Positions 38,350-50,602 of a DNA stretch of 64,000 nt are shown in pieces; positions within the stretch are counted from its first letter, which is position 1; each line of letters opens with the position of its first letter. This DNA comes from Lytechinus pictus. Lineage: Eukaryota. The notes beneath the pieces were generated by a model. That model saw only the letters and a program-made list of their open reading frames with translations, had not been told where the DNA came from and ran no database searches. The stretch covers positions 6,636,001 through 6,700,000 of the forward strand of contig NC_087246.1 in assembly GCF_037042905.1 (NCBI RefSeq), read 5' to 3'. The position numbers were made by a program, and so were the translations under genes.

Positions 38350-38882
38350 AACATGAAACCAGCTCTGAGATCGAGGAAGAGTTTTCAAGCGAAGAGGAGG
38401 AAGAAGAAGAGATAGGAAATGTAGAAGAGAACTATAGATCTGAATCATCTCCTCATATGCACATTGTCAATGGTCACGGGAACCATAATGGAAATGACCA
38501 TGATGGTGATGATGATGATGACCAAGATGATGATGAGGATGATGCCAGTGAAGAAGATGATGGAGATATTGGAATAAAAGATGAACATCTTAGCAAACAG
38601 GTACCACAGAACCTCAACCTACAGAACAGCATCCAAGGAGGCAACCCCAAGATGACCTCATCACCAAGGGAACATCACTTCATGGTTACCAGGCAACGGG
38701 ATGCAGTCCCAGTGCAACAGCAGAATGGACATATGGTTGCTAGGGAGGATGATGGTGATGAGGAAGAGGATGAGATGGAGGAGGAGGAGATAGAGCCTGG
38801 TATTATTGGCCCTCTTCATATAGACCATGTAGACTTTATTTTGGATAGCATAGATGCAGAGCTTAGTGATCTCATCACAAAG
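38350..38882 (+). CDS. Uncharacterised protein, coding exon 2 (acidic)
   Basis: Acceptor ttcag, donor AAG|gtacc; D/E-rich ORF 38331-38894; phase 1-0. Confidence 0.85.
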
Positions 38883-39291
38883 GTACCATATTAAATTTCT
38901 CTCATAATATTCTTTTACAAGTTTAATATGTAAATAATTTTGATATTAATGCAAATGGATTGATCATTAGACTGTTGGATATTGGTTTCTTTTTTGGATC
39001 ATGGATCACTGACTCTAGACTATTGGCAAAAGGTAATTATAATTTGTTCAAAATACTGGTAGTATTATACTCCCTGTAATGAAAACCTTACTGGTGAACT
39101 GTAATTCAACAATTGTATAATTTTGCATCAAGTCAAAGTAAGTTTGTTATAGAACTATATGTTTTCCTGTGAGAAAAGTGTGAGATTAGTACCCTTCACA
39201 ACTTTTATATCTTTTATGAACCTTAGAATATTTCACAATGGGAATGAACATCTAATTCTAATCTCATTATTATTATTATTTCTTTCCACAG

Positions 39292-39373
39292 AGTGCCAGA
39301 GGTTCACCAGAAGAGAGGAAGAAGAAGAAGAAGGAACATACAAAAAAGAAAACAAGCTCCACAAATGAATCAG
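39292..39373 (+). CDS. Uncharacterised protein, coding exon 3
   Basis: tttccacag acceptor, CAG|gtaac donor; encodes SARGSPEERKKKKKEHTKKKTSSTNES (basic, NLS-like); phase 0-1. Confidence 0.8.
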
Positions 39374-39916
39374 GTAACAAATAATAGCTTCTCTTTTTAG
39401 ACATTACGAAACTTTGTGTTTAAAAATGGATCTCCTCTGACACCCCAATTTCAAATTCCAAGCTACTTTCACTCGCCCCCCCCCCCCCCCATCCCAATAT
39501 CAACAAGGAATGGTTATCCTTAAGTAACCAACCACGCACTCTCCCAGCTAATCCACCTTCCCCCAAGGAGAAGTGACCTTCATAAGGCCTGGCAGAGAGA
39601 GAGGGAGAGCAAGAGAGAGGGAGAGGGGGAGTTATAACTGGGGGTGATTTTTTAAAAACTTATTGTTATTTCGGCAATTGTGGGTCATTTTGCATCGTTC
39701 AAAATTTCAGTTCGATCTCCATCTAAATTTTGAATCGTTTTTAGACATGCTAATGTCCTAAAACAAATAGAATACAAATATATTCTTTCAAGATTACTGT
39801 CAGCCAGGAAGCTCTGAAGAGTTTGTTTATACTATTACATAACAAGGACAGCTGCAATCCCACTCCATGCCATTCATCAGCCTGATGTGGTGGCATACAC
39901 AGTGTTTTATCAGCTC

Positions 39917-40160
39917 TTATCAGCAGCTGCAGTCACTAAATCGACCCCACCCCAGTTTAAACGAGAGAAATGAAACTTTCCCAAAAACTGAAAGTGGGGT
40001 GTCAATACCCCACTTGAGCTCCCATTGACTAACACGCAAGACATTATCAGCAGTCAGATGAACCCCACCCCAGTTTAAACGAGAGAAATGAAGCTCTCCC
40101 AGAATCTGAAATTGGGGTTTCAAATACCCCACCTGAGCTCCCATTGACACAACACGCAAG
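39917..40160. repeat. Two-unit ~120-bp tandem duplication
   Basis: ACCCCACCCCAGTTTAAACGAGAGAAATGAA...GAGCTCCCATTGAC occurs twice. Confidence 0.85.
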
Positions 40161-40978
40161 GCAATGGAGTTCCTGTGTTATAAGCTGGTGGGGTATTTTT
40201 TAAACACAGGATTCGCGTAATGTCGGAGGTTGAGACTGCATTCCAAAATCAAGAGGAGGCATAATACCTATTCATGCATATTGACTGGGTCAAATTATTT
40301 GCAATGGTTTCTTGTCAGCTTAGATCTGAGATGATTTCTCAATAATTTTTTGAAGAATTTCCTGTGACAAAAGTTTGACTACCAACTGAATATTATCATA
40401 ACAGGTCCGTGTTCTACCTTCCTCAGAATAAAAAACAACTCATTATGTAAATAATGATGGGGAAAGGTCATGAACAGTTTGGGTAATAACATTCAAAGTC
40501 CTTAGCAAGCAAATGAAAATATGTTTGTTCATGTGATAAGTGCTATACAGAACTATTATTATTGTTACGAGCAATGTCTAGAGAGACTCAATCTGCACTC
40601 ACTGTTTTAAAGAGGATGAATGGGAGATATGATTACTGTTTATAAATAGTTGAATGGAATGTTGGGGATCTGTAGTGACAGATTCTTCAAATCAATAATT
40701 CATTCAGCATCAAGAGGTCACAATTTCAAGCTTTTCACTTGATGATCTCGGTTGGAACTTAAAAGTAATTTTTGAGTGGAACATGCTGTCAAGAAAGTAG
40801 CGGAAACTGAATCAGTGGAAAGATTTAAAGTTCTGGTGGGGGAAGATTTAATCCCTCTTATTTCTCAACGCACCTAAAGCTTCATAAGTTTAAATGGTCT
40901 AGATAACTTTGTTGAATACCCGAATTGAAGACCGGAAAATGCTGTGATGTGATATAATTTTCTTTATATGTGCCACAG

Positions 40979-41179
40979 AGGGCGCTAATCAGAATGGACC
41001 TCAATCGGCTAATACCACCATTGACAACACTCTACCTCATGATCATCAGCTGCAGCCCAATGGAAGATACAGGATGCTACCAGTCAACAAAAAGACAAAG
41101 AAGACAGGAAAAGGGAGAATGAAGACCAGAAGTCAACCATCTTTAACAACCTATCCAAAATTAAGGATCAATGATTACA
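40979..41179 (+). CDS. Uncharacterised protein, coding exon 4
   Basis: ccacag acceptor, A|gtaagt donor; open frame GANQNGPQS...YPKLRINDY; phase 1-1. Confidence 0.8.
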
Positions 41180-42118
41180 GTAAGTTTGTGAAAAAAAGTA
41201 AACATATATACTACTGATTATATATCTCTTGTGTTATCTATCTGTTTTGTTTGCTGAATCTCACATTTCTCCTAAGATCTGTCTGTAGTTGATGGTATAT
41301 GGCATCCTTCAATTGCATCTTAAACAAACGCTATCTTGAAGCATCAAACATAGTGGTTCTGACTGTTCCCTCTCAATCAGAGATTCATGAGTTCAAACCC
41401 CATCCTGCATGGTTAATTTAATTCAGATCAAACTTCATTGGCATTGTGCTAGACTTGAAGCAGGTGAAATAAATTGGTAATCTTGTAGGATTTAACTTTA
41501 TTATTTATTTTTAATTTTGCTCTATTTAATGCCCACATACATATTGTATTCCATAGAGCATGAATGGTTAGTGTGGTAGAGTTAAGGGGGCCCATTAGTG
41601 TTCACTTTGAAATCCAAATTGGACAGTCTGAATTTAATTTAGAGGAGTATTTTTACCCTGATAACACTATGTGAAGGTTATTCTATTGGTCACAGACACA
41701 CTTGCTGAAGGATTCTTCATTCCAGTTTGGGTCTTTGCTTTGCTAATTTCAGAGGTGCCTTGTCCTGTCATATTTCGCTCTCTGGAAATGAGTTTGGTTA
41801 AAAAGTTTTGTTTTTTTTGGTAATCAAAAGTCATATGGGAGAGTAAAGTGTCAGCTTGTTAGTCATATATTTCACACAAGAATATTGCTTTAAATATTTT
41901 CTTTAAACTTTTCTACCACAGTGCACAACAATTGAAGAGATCATGGGGGTGTTTTACAAAGACTGACCGTTGACTTAAATTTCTAAGTTGCGTGTGGTAT
42001 ACAATACATCACTGAATTGTTCAGATCGTGTTCTACTATGAATGAGATTACGCAGTAGGTATCACATATGTGTCAGCACCTATTTAATAAGTTTGAACTC
42101 TTTGTAAAACAACCCTTA

Positions 42119-43021
42119 GGGCCGTCTGCACCATCCCGAGTTTTCAAATTAGCGCGCTATTTCTGATCCGGCAAATTATCCCGATCTGAAAAATCTCGAG
42201 ATAGTTTGCAGTAGAGACGCAATTATCGCGCTAGTTCGTAGGATTAATCTCGAGATTGCAATCCCAAGTCAACTCGGGTTTATTTGCAAAATAGCGCGCT
42301 ATTTTACGAATTATCCCGCTAATTTGTAGGTGCAGACGCACTCGAGATTGGATTCGGGGTAATTTATTCATGACGTCAGTCCATAATGCAATTCGCGTTC
42401 CACTTCCGCCTTGGTCAAAACATAAACATAAACGTGCGAAAGTCAACTTTATACATGCGAATAGATATTATCGCGAATAGCGTTCATCAATTGCCTAATC
42501 AGCAACGATGGTGTCCCACCAGTGAATGGATTTTGGGAGAGACCAGACCGAAGGGGGAGGCGCTGATCGACGATGGTCATATTCAATAACAACACTGACA
42601 GCAGTGTCGTCTTATTCCTTCGCAAAATGTGAGCAAATAGCATTTCTTTCCTCCTTCTCTCCCTCTCTCTCTCTCTCTGTCATTGCCTCCTACTCCGCCA
42701 TCATATTTAACGAAGAATACATAACTTCTTCACTCGCTGAGCTGAGAGGATTGTTGCATAACACCGGTCGAATTCGGCGAAAGTGCTAGTGAAAGGAGTA
42801 CATTGCTTGCATATCGCGGGAAGTTATTCAAAAGCGCCAAAAACTCCAAGATCCGAAAGTGCGCATGCTCGGAATATCGGGCTTGTTGCCTCGCTCGAGC
42901 AGGTATCGCTCTTCTTGCGATGGTGGAGACGGGGTTTCTTGAATCTCGAGATTAATCGCGAAGTAGGCCGATCGGGCTAAAATCTCGAGATTGAGCAAAC
43001 TCGGGATGGTGCAGCACCGCC
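42119..43021. mobile_element. Non-autonomous DNA transposon (Harbinger-like termini)
   Basis: TIR core CTGCACCATCCCGAGTTT...AAACTCGGGATGGTGCAG with GG..CC ends; CpG-rich, repeated AATCTCGAGATT motifs. Confidence 0.75.
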
Positions 43022-43134
43022 TCTTGATTGCACATTATTATAACTTTATTCTAGATATCTTTAATGTCCACAAAGTGTTTCATCCGAGTTATCTTTCTCT
43101 TCCTTGTTTGTTTTGTTCCAACCACCTGTTACAG

Positions 43135-43227
43135 GCATGGATGATTCTGTTGGAACTAATAGTGATGCAGATTCAATCACAGCTGATGAGGTTAGGAGAA
43201 GGGTTGTCCAATCTCTCCATCAACAAG
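43135..43227 (+). CDS. Uncharacterised protein, coding exon 5
   Basis: ttacag acceptor, AAG|gtaaa donor; encodes MDDSVGTNSDADSITADEVRRRVVQSLHQQ; phase 1-1. Confidence 0.8.
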
Positions 43228-43605
43228 GTAAAATACCTGATTGAAATGTATTTTATTTCATTTCAAGAATTCTTGAAAGCAATCTAATAGAACACAGGAT
43301 ATTGAGATACATGTATATGCTAGTTTTCCTATTTTAATTTTAGTTTGTTACATTTCATTGTATTAGCCTAATCATCTTAAAAATAAAAAAAAATAATATA
43401 CAGGCTTGCAGCTAAGAATGCACTGTTTTTATTGAGCAGGATTAATACAAAGGAATGAGGAGCGAGTTTAAAGCTTATGATCACTTAGACCACATTAACA
43501 TAATTTGTTCACTTAATATTGTAGTCCGCCAATTACCAATGTAGAAAATAGTATGCTTTTCCAATCATGCTTTAAAAAAAATCCTGTCAATCATTCATTT
43601 CGCAG

Positions 43606-44472
43606 AAAAATGTAGTAGCAGTTCCTTGCCACCCCACCATCAACTCACTTGTAGCCAAGAGTATCATTTAGCTACCACCCCAGCCACTAACCACTTGAGC
43701 AACATTAATAGTAGTCACTCACAAAGTCCACCATCAACTGCTGACAATAGTCCAAATGCAAAGACATCTGAAATGAACAATAATGAGATTACAGCAAAGA
43801 AAAAAATAACAGAAGAAATACAAAAGGGTCGGACTTATCCTGGAGGGAAAACACAAGAAGGGAGAAAGAAGAGAAGTAGTGTGTCAAGTAACTCCAGTAA
43901 GCAATCAAACCATAAGGTTTCAACTAAAAAAACAGGGACATTGACACCACAGCAAGTGAGTGATGATTCTGGTGGTCTAGGTTCCAAGGGAGATGCTAGT
44001 AATCATATACTGAGGTTAAGAGACATCTTGAACCACTGTGGTGATTTTGGTGAGGAGTCTGAGAAGGCATCCCTAGCAACAGAATACCTGGTCTCACAAC
44101 CAACTGGATTACGAGGCATCAGTGACCTGGAGTCTGTAGCCACGGAAGACTTTGAATCTGCCTTCCAGAGGTTTGCCATACCAGAGTCAGCAAGGAGTCA
44201 CCGAGGTAAGAAACAAGGGAAGTCAAAGCAAGGAAAGAACCCAAAGCAAGCTAATGAATTAGCAACGGAACAACTTCAGAGAGTGAAGAAAAGTGCAGAG
44301 GAGAAAAAGATGAAGAGGACTGTTTCGGCGCCCCCTATTGATCCGAGTGGTCTGCCGGAGTATATGTACATGCACAAAGAGGTGTCAGAGAATGATGTCG
44401 GGGCAGATTCAATGATAACTGAGGATTATGAGGCACACTTTCTAGCTATACCTCTCAAGAATATCCAGACAG
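43606..44472 (+). CDS. Uncharacterised protein, coding exon 6 (867 nt)
   Basis: tttcgcag acceptor, CAG|gtaca donor; matches ORF 43626-44525; phase 1-1. Confidence 0.88.
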
Positions 44473-44970
44473 GTACAAGCTTGGTTTCATCTAGTTTGCT
44501 AAAACCTTTAATCATGATGGTTTAATACAATGATGATGATGATGAATAATGATAATGATGATGAATAATGATAATGATGATGGGGGGTGGTCGTGGTGGT
44601 GATGATGATGATGACATTGATAATGATGATTTCTTGAGTGATACATATGCCCAACCTAAACCCTTTACCCAAATCCCAGCCCCAGCACAAAATAATACAA
44701 AATAGCATCATTTCAGCAAAATAAATAGAAAAACAGTTTCCAATCTTCGCTTGTAGTTTTGTTCTAACAAGATTAGATCCCAGATCATGAAATGGGATTA
44801 TTATTCACAAGCTATTTAATACCATAACATGCTTCATGTAATTTACATCAAGATCCATATAGCACTCGTAGTTACAGATGAAATAAAAAGTCAAGATGAT
44901 TGATTGCCTGTCCACTAATATTGGCACAATCGGTGAGGTGATTTTATTTCCATTTTGTTTTAAAATATAG

Positions 44971-45234
44971 AGCACCCAGGAGTTACTCCCAAGAAAAGCC
45001 CGTCTCGATCCCGTAGGAAAGGCAGCTCCAAAGTTCGGCAAGTGCAGCCCCAGAGTGATCCTGAATCCGTCCAGACAGAAGATTATGAGAAGAAGTTCCG
45101 TTCAATTATGGTCAGACGTCTGGCCGGAGTACCTCTCAGTAGTTTTGACTCAGTGACCATTCAGAGTGACCTTGATTCAGTCAAATCAATGGACATCAAG
45201 AAGAAATTCAGGAAAGCAATGCATAAACATGAAA
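44971..45234 (+). CDS. Uncharacterised protein, coding exon 7
   Basis: aatatag acceptor, A|gtaaat donor; encodes HPGVTPKKSPSRSRRK...SDPESVQTEDYEKKFR...HKHE; phase 1-1. Confidence 0.83.
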
Positions 45235-45945
45235 GTAAATAATAACAAATTTGAATACATTTTTTACTTTGACATTACATTAAAAGAAATTAGCTTTTGA
45301 GCCAACTCCAAATGATCTACGTTAGTTGTGTGAGGATGACCAATGAACATAAGTCATTTACTAATAGAGGGCAGTATACACATTACCATCAGGCTGAAGC
45401 TGAATCATGATGCTTCAATCCTCAGCACACATGCTACTTCTATCCACATACTTTTTAAAATGTAAATCCGATATTCTGTAACCTTCAAAAACAGATGGCT
45501 ACAATTAAATTTTACAATCACTGGGAATGATGATTAGTGACTTTATAATTTAGTTGGGTTTTAATATGTACCACTAGGATAGATATAGAAATAATTAACT
45601 TTCGAAAAATTATACTTTTATTGAATTTTCCTATAAAGCGGATAAATGAATCATAGTCCCATTATAATTTATGGTTGGCTTTTTAGAATAGATTTGTTGA
45701 GGTACGTTCATGCATGATGGTCTGTAGTTGAGTGGGATTCACATAGACCAAAACCATTTAAATGTTATAGTGATATACATTTCCTCAAAGTGTAGCCTTC
45801 AAAATACTGATTACAAGCATTGTCAATATTTGTAATATTGCCCAGTCCTAAAACTTTCAAGTCCATCAGCTGCCATTAGCAAAATGCATTCCTCTTAATT
45901 TCATACTTTCCTCATGGAGATATTAAATTCATATATTTATTTCAG

Positions 45946-46098
45946 TTTCAGGTACTTCCAGCATAGAAGAGGAAGAGATACCCGGGTTAAAGGTTGCTCC
46001 AAAGTCCCAGAGGTCCAAGGGTAGTCGATCAAGCAGTCTTCAAAGTCATTCTTCAGAGTCACTCAAAATGAAAGCAACAAGACAACAAACCAAGAAAG
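45946..46098 (+). CDS. Uncharacterised protein, coding exon 8
   Basis: tttcag acceptor (alternative in-frame AG 6 nt downstream), AAG|gtgag donor; encodes SGTSSIEEEEIPGLKVAPKSQRSKG...TKK. Confidence 0.8.
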
Positions 46099-46137
46099 GT
46101 GAGAGCTTCTTCATAACCAAGTTATGATTAATTAACA

Positions 46138-46330
46138 GGAGAAGCGATAGCTCAGTCGGTAGAGCGGGGGTTTCGGATTCCGGTGACCCGGGTTCGATTC
46201 CCACTTGGTGTGCTAGTGCCCTTTGGTTAGGTATTAATCTTTATAACTAGGTCCATCGTAGAGGACCTTAAGCCATTGGTCCTCTGGTTGCTTGTGTACA
46301 AGCATTCTTGCTTTCTTAGCAATCAGGTAA
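46138..46330 (+). mobile_element. tRNA-derived SINE
   Basis: A box TAGCTCAGTCGG and B box GGTTCGATTCC followed by a non-tRNA body; no proper acceptor stem. Confidence 0.8.
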
Positions 46331-46772
46331 AAATCACCAACATTCACCAAAATGACAAAAAATATGGTTTCTTACTCTTCTGGGTAAAGTTGACCACTTT
46401 TCCTTTGCTCTCACAAATTCATTGGTTAAGGTATCAAGTGGATGTTCAGTTGGTTCTCAAACATTAATTGTGGAGCTTTAGGAGTGTCACATCAGACAGC
46501 TAGACATGAGGGTCTCTATAAGAAAGCCCAATTATCATTGTCATTAATATACAGGTGAACATGTACAGTAAAGATATGACTCATAAAGTAAATTTTCAAT
46601 ATCTTTTTTTTTAATGTATAGTCGCATTCAATGAAACTTGAATTAGATGGTTGATCACAAATGATATGAAGTAAATAACAAGTTTCTTAGTCAAGGTCTT
46701 GTGTCATTGTAGGTTAAAAGACTTAGGCCCGTTTTGTGAAATCAGGTTTAACTTACTAAAGTTGTTGCTTAA

Positions 46773-47167
46773 AGGTAAATGCTAGTTTTGGTAACGATAT
46801 CAAAATGAGTTCGTACAGAATCCAATGAAATGACCAACAAAGTGTCTGTTTGTATAAATAAAACGCATGTGCCAAAGGATTCTGGAAGAAATTGTGTAAT
46901 TGCTGAGAAATCAGCAAATAAGCACAGGATTCGGGTAGAGCGTCGGGCCCGACGCTCAAAGCAATAATTATACACTGTCCCACGTGCGCTTATCCGTGTT
47001 GGGGAAGCTCAGTCTGAACATTATTCAGCGTAGATTTCAAGATTTCACAAAGTTCAGTTTATGTAACTGTACCAGATCTAGATCCTCGATGATATACTGA
47101 CAATTAAGCCTGGTTTTACAGACTTTCTCATGAAATCAGTGTTTACTGCAACTACTGGAATTTATCT
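46773..47167. mobile_element. Kolobok-like non-autonomous element
   Basis: TTAA|AGGTAAATGCTAG...CTGGAATTTATCT|TTAA. Confidence 0.7.
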
Positions 47168-47719
47168 TTAAGTATGGGAAGCCAAAAGTATCAAATTTTT
47201 TTATTCAGTTGTACATTTCTTGTGTTTACTGTGCTCTTTCCTGATTCATCGATGGTAAAGACAATAATCTATTTATACTTCCTAGACAATTATGAATGAT
47301 TTGAGAGCCAAATGAGCTGAAATATGATATCTCTACCGTTAGTGATTTATGTAACAATTGGCTATCCATACTTACCACAACTTTAAACCTGCTATCAGAA
47401 TACGAGCCATAGGGTTTATTATCAAATCAATTTTGGAGTTTTTCTTTCCTCTCTTTTAAATGAATCATAAAAGTGCAGGCAAGACTGCCAGGGGCATTCC
47501 TCTTGTTATTAAAGGTATCAGTTTTCTTGAAATATCTCAATCAATTGAAAATAATAGAAGTATATCACCAAAACCACAATATCATATTGTAGGCCTATGC
47601 AAGTACCTGGTATGAATGATTAAGTTATTTACTTTGTATTATGTACATTTACATTCAACTTCTGTGTTCTAGAATGGACTCTTGTTCAAGCACTTTTAAA
47701 AAAATATGTTAAATTTCAG

Positions 47720-47960
47720 GTAATCCTCAGGTATCAACAGGCACACAACATGGCATGCATCCACACCATCCCACAATGCATCTGACTTCCCCTGCTATGC
47801 ACCATTCCAGTATGCCAAACCTTTCCACTACTGTATTGCCAGGACACAGCCATCCCTCAATACACCATCAGACTTATGCACCACCCCCATCAAGAGACAA
47901 GTGGAAGAGTCCACCTAGGATCAGCCACTTAGAAAGTCAGCCCAGTCCGTTAAGAATAAG
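47720..47960 (+). CDS. Uncharacterised protein, coding exon 9 (His/Pro-rich); gene apparently continues downstream
   Basis: tttcag acceptor, AAG|gtatgt donor; encodes NPQVSTGTQHGMHPHHPTMH...SQPSPLRI; phase 1-2. Confidence 0.8.
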
Positions 47961-50453
47961 GTATGTAGTAACTTTGAATTCTTGCTTGAAGTTGTCAAAG
48001 AAGGAATTTGACAACACTATTTGGGTTGTTATGTGGGTTTTCACAGTTTTATCAAGTTTGTTCAAAAAGATGCATCCAAACATATTTGTAATTTTTCTCA
48101 TTTTTTTCAAAAATCTTTGTTCAAATTGAATTTGACCTTTTCCCAAATTACATTACTTAAATTTAGTACTAATATATTTCAAAGTTTTGATTGCTGATGC
48201 AGTGTTTGTTGGTATTAACTAGGAAAATCTACATAAATTAACCAAATAATTAATCCAAATTATCATAATCTTAGTTTAACAAAATATTTGCAGATTAGCA
48301 CTTTAATTTGAAGTAAAAATGAAATGCACATGGAAACAGCACATTCAGATCATTTTTATGTAAGTCTAATATTCTTTTGTCAGTCTAAGTTTATTTGAAA
48401 AAAATTTGACACCTTTCTTGAGTTGTGAATTAGCTGATGTGAGCAAGCCAAGGACAATTCCTTCTCATGAAGTATTCATTATGTGAAACATAAGACGTAT
48501 AAGTTGTCATTTGCTTCAAAGTAGAATATTCAAGATTGTAAATCCTACTTTAGGTCTCTATTCCTGACACCTGCAGTATTTCCATAGTCTCAAGTTACAT
48601 TGACATTTTGGATGTTGGTGTACCAAGGATGTACATATCTGATTGGGTCAGTAACTTGAGAGTAGCTAGACTAGATTTTATGCACATAAAGATCTGTTTT
48701 AGGTCATTCTGCCTCAGGAACTGAAAAAATAGACTTATCTATGAAAGCATGCCTGAGTTTGCAGAGAATGTGCACAGCATTTAATATGTTGATGATTAGA
48801 AAGGCTGGATCTTTAGAGATTGTGTGTTTTGTGTATTGATCTCATTCAACTTACTGCAATTTTTATGGAATAGTGTCAAGATTTTGTGTATTCACTCATT
48901 GTTGATTATTACAAGAACATAAAAAATAGTAATTGAGTATGATGATATGAAAAAGAGTAAAAGCAAAAGTTAAAAGGAGAGAAATCTACCTAATTTAAAT
49001 TTGAATGAATGATGCAGTTAACATAAACAATAAACATACCTGCTAAATTTTGCTTTATGTTGATTATTTGCAATGATTTGTCTTTAAAAATATGAAACAT
49101 GTATGTCACTTCTGCCATAAATTCATTTTGAATAGTAATTATGCATATACATTGTTTTGAAAATTTATTTTCTTGTTTAGCGTGGGAATTTCTCTGTTAT
49201 TTTTAGATTTCTATTTCAACCTTAACTGGTATCAGCAATTTTATTTGTTTTCTTCTCTTTGATTTTTTTTTACAAATATTTGGAATGTCATGTGTTTTTT
49301 TGTTTAATCATAAGCATGCCATCTGAAATCAATGGACACATTGTCATTTATAATTCTTAGTGAGAGTAGAGAAAACAAGATTCATGTTCACACTCCCTTT
49401 CGTTTTGATACAATTAAATGGTAATGCAGAACGTTCAACATCCCAGTGGAAACACACCCACCATTGTGTTATATCTCATGCTATCCTTGTAAATTATATC
49501 CTCTTCCATATTCTCATCACCATCCCAATTTGCATGTCTCTGTGGTATTATCCTATTTCTGCTGGTATATAATGGATTTATATTCAACCCCCTGAGAACC
49601 CACTAGTGAAATAAGAGATATTTGAAACAGGCTCGCCCTATTCTCGAGACTGAGTGAGTTGATGAATTTGGCGACACCAGTTCATCAGGATATAATCAAA
49701 TCAAATTTGAATTGATATTATAGGGACATAAAATAGAATAATGTAAGGGGGTGTATGGGAGCACACAATTTTATTGTTAGTAAATGTTTCTTTTTTTATC
49801 TTGGAAAGTGATTTACTGAAATATTACTTCCAGGAAATTTTAGAACTGTCAATATCATTAAACTATTTTAATGCAAAAATTTAAGCACTGTGGAAACCTT
49901 GGTGAAGCTTGTTATTCTTGTCTTGGTACTTTCATAATACTTGGGTTTACTTAATCATGTTAATAGTTCCGTGTTAAGTTGGTGCTTAATACATTTCCAT
50001 CATAACATGCTTTCAAAATATTCGTTTAACTAAGGGAAATCAATGAGAATAAGTAAAATAAGGAAGAGTTTAAGGAAACTCAAATATTCAGTAGAAGATC
50101 ATTGTCTCAAAGTTAGTCCCATTTTTATTACCCTCTCATACCCTCAATATATATTTGGTATAAATTACTGCAAATCATTTGAATAATTAGTTTTATTTTG
50201 CAAATTTTTTTTAATTGTTTTAGAATAACATTATCTATTATCAAGAAATAATTGCTTACACGTTTTCTGTAAAGCTATCCCCCCTCTTGTTTTTAAGAAA
50301 AAAAGAGAGATTTAAATAAAAGAGAAAATATAATGCTTCATGGATGTGAGTCATCAATTGTCCTAAAATAGATGAATATAATGTGTCTGTTAATAGAGAA
50401 TCAGTTTTTTTCCCATGTACCTGAATAATAAAAAAAAATCATTCATCAATCTG

Positions 50454-50602
50454 GGGCCCGTAACACAAAGGTTAATCGCTAGTTTGAAAGAACAATTCTG
50501 ATTGGTTCCTCGGCAGTCTACTGAGCAAAATGGGCATGCAACAATGATCTTTATGCTCCTTTTCATTTAGCGATTAATCACCAACCTTTGTGTTACGAGG
50601 CC
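50454..50602. mobile_element. PIF/Harbinger-like MITE
   Basis: CTG|GGGCCCGTAACACAAAGGTT...AACCTTTGTGTTACGAGGCC|CTG. Confidence 0.75.

Noticed and set aside
46138..46215. tRNA gene
   Set aside because: A and B boxes are present, but the acceptor stem does not pair and the sequence runs on into a SINE body.
47961..48129. Hydrophobic C-terminal tail of ORF 47755-48129
   Set aside because: It follows a strong donor (AAG|gtatgt) and has T-rich intronic composition, so it is read-through into the intron.
49631..49653. Possible 23-nt micro-exon (cag|...|gtgagt)
   Set aside because: The acceptor lacks a polypyrimidine tract; cannot be supported without transcripts.
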